Shown here: in pieces, positions 12,651 to 25,407 of the stretch
How positions within the stretch are numbered: position 1 is the first letter of the stretch
Layout of the letters: each line of letters begins with the position of its first letter
Source: Iphione sp. A-MEVVRFRX5
Lineage: Eukaryota
Length of the DNA stretch: 64,000 nucleotides
NCBI GenBank assembly: GCA_976226885.1
Contig: OZ320316.1
Location: forward strand, 31,620,001 to 31,684,000
Direction: 5' to 3'
The notes under the pieces: generated by a model
The model's input: only the letters and a program-made list of their open reading frames with translations
The model's database searches: none
Told to the model about the DNA's origin: nothing
Made by a program: the position numbers and the translations under genes

Positions 12651-14507
12651 GGGAAGTATACATTGCAAGCTAAATAGATTTATGCAGTGGGGAAGACAGT
12701 GTTCTGTGTATTTATTGTGACGTGGTCCTGTGATAAACGGATTAGAATGTGTAGCCGAGACCCCTTCTCCTCTGGTCATGTGATATCACAGTTCAGATGA
12801 GAATCTCAAAATTTTCGATGCCAAGGCACATCTGTCCCATCTCAGAATTATTGATAATGTGTACTCATTACAGCAATCAAATCAAATACCCCATTATTGG
12901 CAGAGATTTATCCAGATATGAACATTTGTATGTAAAGGCGAAGCGCGCAGAGGGATGAATTAACAAGATGTTTATGTAGTAGATTTGGGCAGGAAAAAAC
13001 ATTTCTTTCAGTAAAATGTCGCAAAGACAAAGTAAAATGATCTATTAGAGATGCAGCGACAAGCTTTCTTATTGTCAGTATGTATTTTTCAATGCATTGG
13101 ATAGAAGATGCTCTCGTATTAAACGGACGACTAAACGGCCAAAAAGAGATAACAACTCCTGTAACATAGGACGTACCGCTATAGTACATCGGAGTTGCCC
13201 ATAATTTGTGGTCTGCCACAGGGATCCGTACTGAGATCCCCCTAGTAGTATATCGGGACCCCAGCTGGCACACCTGCGACACATGCTGGCCTCCTGCGTA
13301 CAATGATGGATGCCTGCCTCATGGGTATTGATTGGCTATTGACAGCGACATTTACATGATGGCTCGCTCATCCTACCATTGATTGCACCCCCTCGGAGAA
13401 GTATGTCAGTAGGACCGATGCTCTCGCTACCTCTCACCCGGGGCCTGTGTGTCCCGGCTCCGAGTACAAACATCATGTTTATTGATCGGCTACAGATGAA
13501 TGCGTTTAAATGATGTGGCTGTACATCACCCTCTAGTAAGGCTGGCCGTAGACTGTACGGAGCGTTTAGACAGGTACACGGCCACATTATTACAGTTTCT
13601 TAATTACATCGAGCACGTCACGAGAAACGGCCCAACGCTCAATCAGTCGTCGAGAGAATAGTGCGCTTAGAGGAGGCAACTGCAAGTGACAGTTCCTAAA
13701 CTATAACTTTGTGTAGAAATCTGGTGGTTATTTTGATTTGTTTGCTGGGCCCTGGCGGAATAAATAGGAACTTACAACATTCTAAAAACATACATATCAT
13801 ACATACATACATACATACATTGCCTAAAACATGTAGTAATACCCAGTGCATCGTATGAACTCATTATTGTAATGTTGATGTCCATGTCCAAATTATCAAC
13901 TTATATTTATTTATATTGATAATATTTTACCTGTTTACGTGTAAAGAGTGAAAGAATAGTACTGCCTCATGTGGTGATAAAAGTACATGGATGTGTAAAA
14001 ACGCCTAACTTAGCCATCTAACCCATCTAGCATAAATATAAATATACATATATACATATATATAGAGAGAGGTAATGGATATATAAATATATAGATAAAT
14101 GCCTTTTACCTAGCTAGGTGTTTATCCTGATTAATAGATCGTAAATAAAAGCATGCGTAAGTCATTTTGATAATGCTAGATTTCCATTGTCCTATTAATA
14201 CTAACGCATAGGGGAACCGTATTCGTTGTGGTTTTTCAAATCTGCCCTCACCGCCTATAGGTGCCGCAGGTGTGGGGCAGTGATATGAAGTATGTATGTG
14301 TGTTATCCAGTGCATTTGTGTAGATAAGATGTTCAGAACCGTGAGGTACATGTACTCTTTCACGTTCTGGTGAACGTTCTATATGTTTCTACTTGCTCCG
14401 TCTAACGGTAGTGACGTCTCTGGTAATGGGAATTTTTGGACGCACTAGCAGAGGAGGTACCTATTGCCGTGACATATTCTAACGTTTGTTTGTGTCTCTG
14501 CTTTCAG

Positions 14508-14558
14508 ATCTCTTCCCTTTCCTCAGCAAGCGTCTGGCCCAATCCAAGATTGACTCCG
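14508..14558 (+). CDS. FoxN2/3: FoxN2/3 internal exon (51 nt, phase 1-1)
   Basis: ctgctttcAG|...|GTaagt; encodes HLFPFLSKRLAQSKIDS in frame with flanking exons. Confidence 0.88.
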
Positions 14559-14689
14559 GTAAGTGCACGTTCTCTCTGTTTCTGTCTCAGTCTGTCTTGT
14601 CTTTCTGTTCGTCTGTGTGCCTCACACATTCTTCTCACAAATTCTCTCTCTATTATACGTGTTTTATTCTTAAGGTTCTTAGCGCTCGC

Positions 14690-14691
<2 letters not shown>

Positions 14692-14764
<73 letters not shown>
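14692..14764. repeat. (CT)n microsatellite
   Basis: Uninterrupted CT run. Confidence 0.98.
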
Positions 14765-14767
<3 letters not shown>

Positions 14768-16479
14768 CAAGCCCTTTTTTATTGAGAGAAAATCAATAAC
14801 ATTCTTGTCTGCATTTCGCTGTGGCTGATAGTTCCGATGTCACCCACCAGGGGTTCCATTGGTTGTCATGGAAACACACGCCAGCGTTTTGAACACAGTT
14901 AAAGCGTCGCACCCATTCACCTTCAGCCTCGGGTAAGGGGGGGGACTGCAAGAGGGTCATGGCTTACTATAGGGGGAAAGAGGCCATTCCATAGATGCAC
15001 AGCCTCTGTCTATTGTCTCTCTGTCTTTCTCCCTCTCCCTCACGGCCTGGTCTTCCTCTCAACCTCAGTACCGATCTCTACCTAGACACTCACTCCCGCC
15101 ACCATCTCTGTGAGACCATGTACAGGTAACTCTCGTAACGAATGCTCTGATAACCATGTCTTTGAAATGACGAGGTCATAGTTTACAGTACAAAAAACCG
15201 TAATTTAAAGTACCGGTAAGCTTCGTTAACGAAACGGTCCGTTGACTTCACTTCGTGAAGAGAGGTATACCTGCGTGGCTTTTATGTCTTTAGATGAGAT
15301 TCCATCGCATTATTCTCAAACTAACTAGCGCATGAAAGATTATCCAGTGTGGCCGTAAATTTTTGTTAATTGTATCGTAACTAAAAGTGTACCTGTTGTG
15401 AAAGCATTTCCTGTTGTAAAACCTACTCCAACTTCATGAAATTAATGTATACACATGTTGTATGCTCCCTAGCGTTCTTCAAGTGCTATTAAGGAGTGTA
15501 TTTCAATGCACATTATATGATTCTCCCTAAATCTTAACCATTCCTAGGTGTTGCATTGTGTTTCGCGGTGTTCCTGACCGTGCCCAGCGTAGCGAGGGAG
15601 CAGTTGATTTGGGTGTACTATGCTTTTTCTACGTTTGAATCATAATACGCTGGATAGATCTGTCCCAAAAAGTGCAATTAGTAGTCAGAGTCTAATGAGG
15701 CCAAGCCAACCAAAGATGCGCAGTGGATGACTTGAGCCAGGGAAGAAGGGAATAAAACCTCAGTAGAGCCTGTCCGCTAGGTTTGGCTGGAATTATGAGG
15801 TGGTTGGATTAGTGAAGGAAAAGCACACTTAGGCTGGATGTTTGGGTTGATCTTATTACTGAGGTGACCTTATCCCAAGATTCCATCATTGCTAGACAGT
15901 GAATAGCGTTTTCCAGAGGAACACTGGTAAGAGTACATGAATTACACAGTAGGGGACCACCCTAAATCTGCCACGCACTTTGACAAAACGTCGCCGGCCT
16001 CTCTAAGCTCTTAAATCCCCACCTCCCCTGCCATTGCATCATAGGACCCGTCCACAAGATATTGATACATAATGAGATAAACCAGTTGCTTATGCCGCTT
16101 AGGTGGTTGGGATTGTCCCTCTGACCAGTACACTTCCCGACTAGTTGTAAGTTCTTGATTGCCATAGGTGTCTGTCTGTGTGTGTCGGTCCTTGAGGATA
16201 TTACATGTATATATTTAGACTTCACTGCGGGTGAGTGTGGGAGGATTGTGGAGGAAGGGCCACCTCCCAGCAACCCACCCCACTCCCCCCATCCTCACGC
16301 CTCTCCATCTTACCAGGTTAGTCCTCATTAAAGCCTCCCGACGGTCAGCCGGTCACGTGATTAGCAAGGCGGGCTCTAATTGGCCGGTGGTGCTGTCCTA
16401 ATGATGGCGGTGATATTTGCTGCTCTGCTCGTTTTGTTTGGTCGTTGCTCTCACTGTCCTCTCTTGTGTCTTGTTTTAG

Positions 16480-16533
16480 AGACGGACATAGACGTGGCCA
16501 ACACGCTGGTGTCGCTCAAACGGGCAGCTGAAC
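16480..16533 (+). CDS. FoxN2/3: FoxN2/3 internal exon (54 nt, phase 1-1)
   Basis: ttgttttAG|...|GTaagt; encodes ETDIDVANTLVSLKRAAE, resembling the D-x-D-A-A-x-x-(L/M)-x-x-L motif of FoxN2/3 proteins. Confidence 0.88.
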
Positions 16534-17152
16534 GTAAGTACCCGCACACACACACACACACGTGCTGCACACCAATAGGTAACGCTCAAAATAAAGACCC
16601 AATCAATCAAATGGGAAGCAGGTCACGGGAAGAACACAATTAGATACTAATGAACATTGCCACACACAATAAATATTTATTTCACTGCTTTCGGGAACTA
16701 TTGCATGACTTACATAGACATCTACGTGCGTGCACAACTAACGCACTCGCAGGCTCCCACCATTACTCGTTACTAGAACATGCACTCAGGGATATAGATA
16801 TTGAAATGTGAATTAACACATACACACACGCGCGTGTGTATTACAGGCATGCACACTGGCAGACTGGGAAACACATGATACTGTATACACACCCTCAGTC
16901 GTATGCATACAGTATGAAGTTCATGTGCTGCTATCACAGGAATAGTGACTTTCTTAACACTAAACACCTATGACTTGATGGGAAGAGCTCAGCGTTCCCT
17001 TTTGTTGCTGTCCCCCTTTCAAGATTTCCTATTCCCCCATCCATCTCTTGGTTTTCTTAGTCCCCCCCCTCTAGTCTTCACCATCTAGAAGTTACTCCTT
17101 CTTCCAAAACTCGGTGACCATTCTCTCTAACCTGGATCCTGTAATTTTGCAG

Positions 17153-17273
17153 AAGGCCGGCCGAGGTCCCTACAGTGTTCGAACGGTTGGTATGGCGGAG
17201 CGCGTTCACGGTCACCCTCACCTCCAGAGTTCGGCTCGGAACGAGAGAGGGAATTGCTGAAAGCCAAATACAG
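17153..17273 (+). CDS. FoxN2/3: FoxN2/3 internal exon (121 nt)
   Basis: aattttgcAG|...|GTgcgt; open frame QGRPRSLQCSNGWYGGARSRSPSPPEFGSERERELLKAKY; phases 1 and 2 fit the neighbours. Confidence 0.8.
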
Positions 17274-17626
17274 GTGCGTACTCATCTTTCGGTGTGCTCA
17301 CTCATATTGACATTTAGGACGGACAGGTCGGTAGTTTTTGTCACTACAGTGGTGATAAAATAAATTATCGCACCTCATAACGTGAATCTGCTTTATCTTT
17401 ATTATATGAGATCAACTGGCATGCCTGACTCCAAAAGTCTTGGAAACTGTGCACAGTTCACCCGGACCTACTCCGGTCGAGTTCAACACAGTATTTACAG
17501 TCTCACTAATGAAAGTTCATTCCTAGAGACCTTACTGTTGACTTAACTTGCACGTACATAGCATGTCTTTGGGTGCCGATGCAGTGCGACACCAAACTAT
17601 GATACTCTCATTACTTGCGTCAACAG

Positions 17627-18185
17627 GAGCCTGTACCGGCGTGACACCCCCGTGATCATCGTCTCCCACCCCAGCGAAGACCACACCTACAGTGCGGCGC
17701 GTCTCCCGCCCCTCACGTCGGCCTCGGACGTCGACGAGGAGTACGACTGGGGTTCCGACGAGGAGGACGCCGACTCCTTCAGCGACACGAGCGCCGCCGA
17801 CACCGACTTCTCGGACTGTGACAGTGACGGCGAAGGTCGGGTCAGCCCCGGGAAGCGGAAACGGCGCTCCTATGGCGGCGGAGGTGGCGCCGCCTACTCG
17901 GGCGTGGGCAGTCACCACGGTTACGGCCTGCCGCTCAAGAGGCGACTCATCGAGGCCGTCGACGAGGATGAAGAGATGAAGATCGTCGAGGGCGCAGACG
18001 CCTTGCTCAACCTGGCGGGTATCAAGACTTCCGGTGTGACGTCACTGCGCACGCGCAGTCCCGGGGGTGCCGCAAACAACAATAATAATAACAACAACAA
18101 CGACAAGAGTAGCAACAATAACAACAGTGCCAGTCCCAGCAGCAGTCAAGAGGCAGTGACATCAGAATCAACGCAGCGTTCCTAA
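17627..18185 (+). CDS. FoxN2/3: FoxN2/3 last coding exon
   Basis: caacAG| then PSEDHTYS, an acidic stretch and DEDEEMKIVEGADALLNLAGI, matching the recalled FOXN3 C-terminal motifs EDHNYS and EEMKEAAGSLLHLAGI. Stop TAA 18183-18185. The six exons total 990 nt with no frameshift. Confidence 0.93.
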
Positions 18186-19689
18186 CGACTGAGAGCAGAC
18201 ACCCAGGTCCCCACTCCTTTTCCCACTTCTCCAGGCTGAGTCCCGGGACAAGATAACCTGAGCGTTATTATGCTCTCTGTACATACAGCTAACATGCAAA
18301 CAAGACTTTGACAGACAGACAATGGGTCACATGACGTGACCTCGCCCACCAGAGACCCCTGGCGGCAGGGCGCTGTGGCCGTGCAGGGCGGGGCTCACTT
18401 TCGTCTGTCTGATGTGTTCATGTATGGCGGCCTCCATGAAACAGATCTGTGTTCATCAAACACCCACAGTCACACACAAACACACACACACACACACACC
18501 CATGGATGCTACTACAACCACTACCATTTCTACTACTACTGTTACTATTACTACTACTTCTAAGTACTACTACCATTGTACAGTTCACAATTTCACTTTC
18601 TCCTCTTCATGTCGAAAAAAGGAAACATAATCACAGAGGAGCCGCCTACGGGAGGCGCCAGACACTACTGTATTACTGCCCTCTGGTGTTAAACCGACAA
18701 AGCATATGTAGTTGATGCAATGACCACTAGTGGTCCTGTCTAATACAATGGACTAACAGGCAGCGGGGGGTCGTTTACCTCCCCCCTCCCTTTTCTCTGA
18801 CTCCGCCTCCTATGAAAGACTTATTATTGACCTATGGTATTTGACTCATTCCTTGCAGAGCGAGTGAAAGTTGTGTAGCTATGTCCGTGTGAATGCAAAG
18901 TCCCTATAAGAGTGTCATTTCGGGCCTCCCTGTTCCCTTCATCTCCGGCTAACGACTCGAGGTCAAAGGTCGAGGTCAGTTTTCGTGGTCAATTCAAGGT
19001 CACTTTCGCGGGAGGGGGTGTTCCACAGAATGAAGCAAGACTATCGTTTTCTGTACATTGTGCGTCTAGAATTCTTGACCTCTCACCGCGCATCTTGACC
19101 ACTTCACCCCCGTGCAACTACTTCCTCGACCGAAGTCTCCTGGAGCGTACCTCTCATTCCCTCGTCATCTTGCCGATGTATACTTGACGTGACGGACGGG
19201 CTAGACATGGGTACTACTCGGTCTAAACCTGTGGCGGGAGGACGTTCCCGCAGAGCGAACCGTTACCTGTCATGGAGTCGGAGAATGACGGTGAACTGCA
19301 GAGTCCCGAACGTATACACCACGTGTATCTGAAAATCTGTGTGTATGTGTGTGGTTACGCAGATGTGTACAGTGCAAATTTTCAAGGCTGTCTTAACTCG
19401 CTGCCTTTGGTTCGTACGAACCTCTTACTCAAGCGTTCAACCATTACTCAAATGCTCGACCCTTGTTCACTCCAGCACGGCAGCGGCCGATGTGTCCTCG
19501 GACCTCTCATTTCCGCTTCCCTTTGTGTTCCGTAGATGTAAGCCTACAAAAATATAGTTCATCCAGCCCCTATTCTTTATTCAGAGGTTAGGCCAAAAGA
19601 AAGTTTTATTTGTAGTTATCGGAAATAGGTGAGGAAGAAGCGACACTGACTTATCATGCTATAAAGACTCCTCCCTTTTTTGACACAGG

Positions 19690-20170
19690 ACTTGTGTGTA
19701 CATGTGTTATATGCATGTAAATCATACATATGTAACATACAGTATAACATGTCTGTGTATATGTATATAACATGTGGGTAAAATACATGTACAAAGTTAC
19801 TTCTTACATTTGCAGCACAGTTTTGTGTGTTACATTATACGTACATGTTTATTTACACTGAACATGTATGTTTATGTTTACATGTACATGTATATATTTT
19901 GTCTTCAGTGTATTTGCACACATGTATAATTTACATATGCATACACATGTGCTCATTTTACATGTCTACATACACGTGTTCATGTTACAATTTAGATGTA
20001 TATATACTGTACACATGCACATGTATGGTTTGCAAAAATGTGTATGCATGTTCGTGTAACATTCTTGTGTGTATGTTTACACACGTGGAAAACATTTTAC
20101 ATGTATGCATTCACATGTATGTATAAATCTGCACATGTACACATATGTACATATGTACACACATGTATCT
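19690..20170. repeat. Low-complexity TACATG/ACATGT-rich tract
   Basis: Dense degenerate repetition of acatgt, gtatat and acac motifs. Confidence 0.8.
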
Positions 20171-22848
20171 TGGCCACCATCCTCAGGTATATAGTATCCA
20201 GACATTCGACCGACAACCCCTATCACAGGCAGGCAAGCATTGCAGACCAGATTTTAAACAAGAGAAAAGATGTTGAATCGAATGAAATGTCAGCAAATTT
20301 TTACAGATTTATCCTATATTTCGGTTGTATTTTTGTTCCCACTTTTAAATATTGCCCGGAAGGTTTTTAATGTATCCCCATTTATACACGTATTTGTGGC
20401 AGAGGGAGTTTCTCCGTACGAAGTGTTCGCCAATGAGAATGACTGATTGATTCGTCTTGTGTAGACATACCTATAAATATATATACAATGTATACATGTA
20501 TGTATCCAAGTTCCCCCTGCACATTCTTCCATTTATTGGTGAATCGTTATACTCAGAAGTTTTAAATGTATCAATATTGAAGCACACGTGCTAGGGGCAA
20601 CGTCGTGTGACGTCATTTTAGACGCTGTCCTCCTTGATTGATGAAACTGATCATTATATAAAATACGATGTACATAACACCCTCCCTCCAGTATTTTTCC
20701 TTCTCTACTGTCTGCTTTTATCCGTCTACGCTCGTACCCTTCCCTAACCCCCCCACCCCCGGCATTCCCTAAACCCATCTCTCCCTTCATCCCTCCATCG
20801 ATTTTCATACTTCTCTCCTTCCCTTCCAGCTTTCCTATTCTGCCATACTATATTCTCCCACGTCTCCCCTCTTGCTTCCCACCAGTCCCTCAAGTCCTCC
20901 TACCTGTCCTCCTGCTTCACATCTATCTGCCTTTGGACTTCCCCCTCCCCCATCTTTCCCACCCTCCTTCCAGTCCCGCTCTTTTTATTCCCAGGAGGTC
21001 GTTTTATCCCTGAGGGTCGTTCCATCTTATTGATACTAAGTTCCCTATTTTACTGGGCTCCCTTGCCCTGCTGCGTACACCAAGGGAGGGAGGCTCTCTC
21101 TCACAGCCATTAACCACACACCCGTAGCCAAAACATTGTAGGTTGCTAAGGGGTCAGGGCACAGATGTTATTCTAGCTTATTATGTCTCAATACAATGTT
21201 TGTAGAAAGTTCTTTATATAAAAAGTTTATATATATATGTATATGTATGTATTTTTGAGGATGTTGGGGCGGGCAGGTGGCTACTGATGTATGTATATAT
21301 AGAGTGAGGCCCAGCCTCCAGCCACTCCTACCAAACATGGTACTATGGTTCATCGAAGACTTGTTAGGTGTCATTGTAGCTCGGCCTTTAGAGCCGACCT
21401 TTGTAGTCTTATATTCCAGGAGAGGGAGGAGAAGCGCGCGTATATTTCACTGCCCACACTCCTGCGGGACAATGCAATAAGGTCTACACTCCGCCGTGCA
21501 CCACGTTCAGACGACACCTTCGTACAGAGGAGGCGATGGCTTAACTGTGTACCCACCCCTCTATTAACTCCTACTCATGGACCACAATGTGTATGCTCTG
21601 ACTCATTACATGTGCGCTCGTTCAAGGCGATTCCTCTTTCTCTGTGTGCCCCTGCAGACTCTATCCGAGGGATCTCTTATTTCGAACTGCCAGTATCAAA
21701 CACAGCTTTGGGGAAACCCGTCTCCACCACTGAATTTGTTCACAATCTCTCCCGATGTACGTCTTATGATGTCGCTTGTGTGTTCTGTCACTTGTATGTC
21801 TGCCTCTGTATGATTCCCGTCTGATTTGTAAGACGCTGTTGTCATACAGGGATGTACGGTTCTTGAGTTTAGGGGGGAGAGAGGAACGGAGAGAGATCTG
21901 ATATGGAGGTTCCCTTCATTCCCTGGTATCATCAGGAATATAAGTCCGATCAGGTACGACGAAGCAGGTGTAATCACCTTTAATACAAGTTGGTCCGACA
22001 AAGGGTAATCACGTATGAAGCTAGGATTTGGCCCCAAAAGTATATAACAAGAAGTTGTTCGTTGTTTTGACATGTTCTGTCAACTAGGTATACCATGTCC
22101 CATTCGGTTTACCTCCCATATTGCCAGTTATGTATAAAATAACATTCAGGTTTACTAACAGTGGGGCATAAAATGATAAGATATTGGTATCAGATGCGTT
22201 ATTTATCAAAAAATATATACATACTGGCTAAGTTTGTATTACCAGCTACATTTAACAACTGTTGGGAGTATTTGTCAACATGGCCTACCATAACAACGTG
22301 GTATGCTTGAGCAGCTAGGCATAAATTACTTCACAAAGCGAATGAGTACAACTAGGCAGAAAATAAGAATACATTACCATCGGCGCATGTAATAACCAGG
22401 CAGTTGTAATAACAGTATAGGCGTGCAATACTCTCTGAACGTATATTGTATGGTACCCTGGGGAGAAAATTCCACCAAATATCGGTGAAAGTTCAACCAG
22501 CTGACGAGAGGTGGCAGCACGGCGAGTGGTGACGTCATCACCCGGCGTCTAGACTTCTTCATTTGTTCAACCCTTGTGTTCACTCTTACTTCCTGTTTAT
22601 GTTCTTTAATGAAGAACTGATGAATCATGAAATAAAATTTACCTGCACACTTCACTGATGTGTTCATACTTTTCTCGTCCACTTAGATGAGCTTCTTGAA
22701 ATAGCATTTATTAACTACTGTTAAACATCTAAGGACACTACTTATTATAAACGGCTACAAGACTCCTTCAACCAGTTATTTATATCATATCTAAAAGTGA
22801 ATAAAATGTACACTTCCTGATTAAAAGGAGAATCAATACTAATATTAA

Positions 22849-23110
22849 GGCCTAGAAAAAAGTTATGTTTCCAATAACCTGGCCGACCCTACATTAAAGT
22901 TAACTTTTAAAAAAATATTTTTTGAATAACTTCAGAATGAATCACGATAGAGACATGTTCCATACATGAAACTGTTCCTTAGGTTCCTAGTTTTCATTTA
23001 ACATAAGTTTCATTAAAATCTATAAGTGCTATTGCCATAAACATCTGTTGCTTTTAGGAGTGTTTGACATTGAAAAAAATAGAAAAAACGTGACCTACCG
23101 ACCGACGTGT
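22849..23110. mobile_element. Partial Harbinger-type non-autonomous element
   Basis: taa-GGCCTAGAAAAAAGTTATGTTTCCAATAACC resembles the family A terminus (GGCC-A-run-TAGGTGTGTTTCTGGTAACC); no second terminus found. Confidence 0.35.
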
Positions 23111-23960
23111 GTCACTTCTGATTCACATGTATCTTGAACAAAAAGTCACTTATTGGATTAAAACCGACTCATCAGGCTTGTACATTGTGCATTGTACACA
23201 TCTTTGATTGCTGGTTGTGCTAGAACCCCATCTATTAGCTGTACATCAGTATTTTTTCCTGTCTGGCAGACAAGCGACGGGCCACTGAAGTGGTACCTAT
23301 AGATGACAGTGGTTGCAAACTTTGCTGTCAGCCAACTAACTTTTATTCTCTTATCATTGATAAGAGGGCTGTCACCCTGTCCAGCACCCTGCAAATAGGC
23401 TATTGAAAAATTTTAATGTGAGGTACTATGGGCTTCTTTTTCGTATATATGCCCATCCTCTTTAAGAGTTAGAAGCGAAATTAATAATCCAATTCTCTGA
23501 TTAACCTCTTACTCTTCTTGTCATCTTTTTTGGAACGCCCATTAGATGCACTCCTCCTTCCAACCTTCTTCCCTGTTGAGGTGGATTAAGACAAGAAACA
23601 TGAACAACAATGATGTATGTCAAATCGCGTGGTTTCATGCCGGTTATCGTACAATATATGTGATACCGCTGAGCACTACAATGTCTCATGTCGATGCCTA
23701 TCCATATACAAGCAGAGAATAACTTCGAGGATCATGTTATATTGGCCTTTCTTCACCGTCTTCAAAGATTTTGGGTCGTGTGTCTCTACCACGTGACCTT
23801 GGTGGATTACCCACTTTTGTTTACTTGTCAAATATCGTCTGCTCCAGATTTTAGTAGGTTATTTCTACATATGCTGAACGGAGCAGACCCACTTCACGTC
23901 TGGTAAGATCACCACACAAACGTCATTCGTCTGGAGAATTCGAAATTCAAGGGGGAGACG

Positions 23961-24030
23961 ATGGCGAGTCAACAGAGGACGGTTATTGTAGCAGTGGACG
24001 CCAGCAAGGACGCTAAGGATGCCCTCTTTC
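23961..24030 (+). CDS. Universal stress protein (UspA-like), exon 1
   Basis: ATG at 23961; MASQQRTVIVAVDASKDAKDALF is the typical USP beta1 start (IxVAVDxS); donor |GTgagc, phase 1. Confidence 0.9.
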
Positions 24031-24508
24031 GTGAGCAATTATAGGCTTAATATGCACTGTACATGTACATGTATGATTTCTGAGTGTGTGTGTCCCGGGT
24101 GTGTGTGAGAGCTACCTGTCCTCAAAATTTGGATGTGTAGGCTCAAATGTATATTAAAACACATCTCTGAGATATTCATATATGGAAATCATATAATGAT
24201 ATACATTGCCTATGGTGAGAATCTGGATGTACCTGCCAATTTTAAGAAATACAGTAACTTAAAAAATATAGCCGAGTGGACTTAGACGTGCAACAGTGAA
24301 ATCAAATTAAAGTGACCATAATCTAGTGATACACTTATAATTATCGCTGTTCACCAGTGTTAACGGATAGTCAACTTCAAATGAATTATTTTTAGTCTAT
24401 CGATAATCAATTAACTGCAGGTATATGTTTTTTTCAAACATATTGTATTGAGTTCAATGGATTTGTCTGCCAGTATAAACAAATGTAGGAACGTTTGTTT
24501 TTTCACAG

Positions 24509-24595
24509 ACTTTATCGACAACTTCTACACCTCCGGCACCAGGGTTACCATTGTCCACTGCCCGGACATGAAAGCAGAAGGAACTCTGACACCCC
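24509..24595 (+). CDS. USP exon 2
   Basis: tttttcacAG|...|GTaagt; HFIDNFYTSGTRVTIVHCPDM contains the USP beta2 motif (V-x-I-V-H). Confidence 0.88.
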
Positions 24596-25291
24596 GTAAG
24601 TTGCATGTAAACTCGTCCTCTATATCCTTCAGGATTTGAGTTTTTCTTCAGATTCGCCTATAATAGGACAAATGAAAAACAATATCCTCATAGGGAGGAT
24701 GAACATCCTCCTACTGACCACTCACAGCAACGTCAGTTCTTGCACCAGTGTGTACATGTATTACACGGGAAACAGTTTATACACCTGTAGTCTGCTTGAA
24801 TTGAATTTGACACCTCGACGGTATCTGGGCGGCCTTTTCCTTATTACAAATTATTAAACTGTAAGCAACAGTGCTGTCTGTTTTCCCTGGTTGAGCAATC
24901 AGGTCTGTGGCCATTTTAACACAATATGCTGGATTGTGTAAATACAAGTATACCTCTGTAGAAGTACATGTAGATTAGGCATGGATTACTGGAAAACACT
25001 CTGGAAGTGGTGAGATGTATGTTTTAAAGCTTCATCTCTATCAACAAATGCATTTGTATTAGTAGTACATGTACAATATATCTGTAGCTGTTTCCTTTAT
25101 TTTTAGTCAGTTCTTTCCAACATTCCTTGGCCTTAGGCCACAAAATCTCTGGAAAAAAAGAAACTTTATTACAAAAAATAACTTTGTCCCCATAGGCTTC
25201 GTTAATAGAGTTATACTTAGGTGTCATAATACACTCGCCATTTTCCTCAGAAGACATTCATGAAACATGATTTTATTGATTATATTTCTAG

Positions 25292-25407
25292 CGGCCAGGT
25301 TATTGCGACCAGAGATGCCTTTTGATAACTGGATGGCACGTTGGGGCAGCGAGGCCAAAGCCAGCAAAGTCATTGACAAGTATAAGGAACTGATGAATGA
25401 GCGATAT
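25292..25407 (+). CDS. USP exon 3
   Basis: tatttctAG|...|GTaagt; ARLLRPEMPFDNWMARWGSEAKASKVIDKYKELMNERY; phase 1 in, phase 0 out. An alternative in-frame acceptor at 25313 is possible. Confidence 0.78.

Noticed and set aside
14436-14828. ORFs with SL or ER dipeptide runs (also near 54.2 kb and 62.4 kb)
   Set aside because: Produced by (CT)n/(GA)n microsatellites; only the 51-nt FoxN2/3 exon inside is real.
23158-23906. Short minus-strand ORFs upstream of USP, possibly a decayed transposase
   Set aside because: No DDE, zinc-finger or other diagnostic motif could be assembled across frames.
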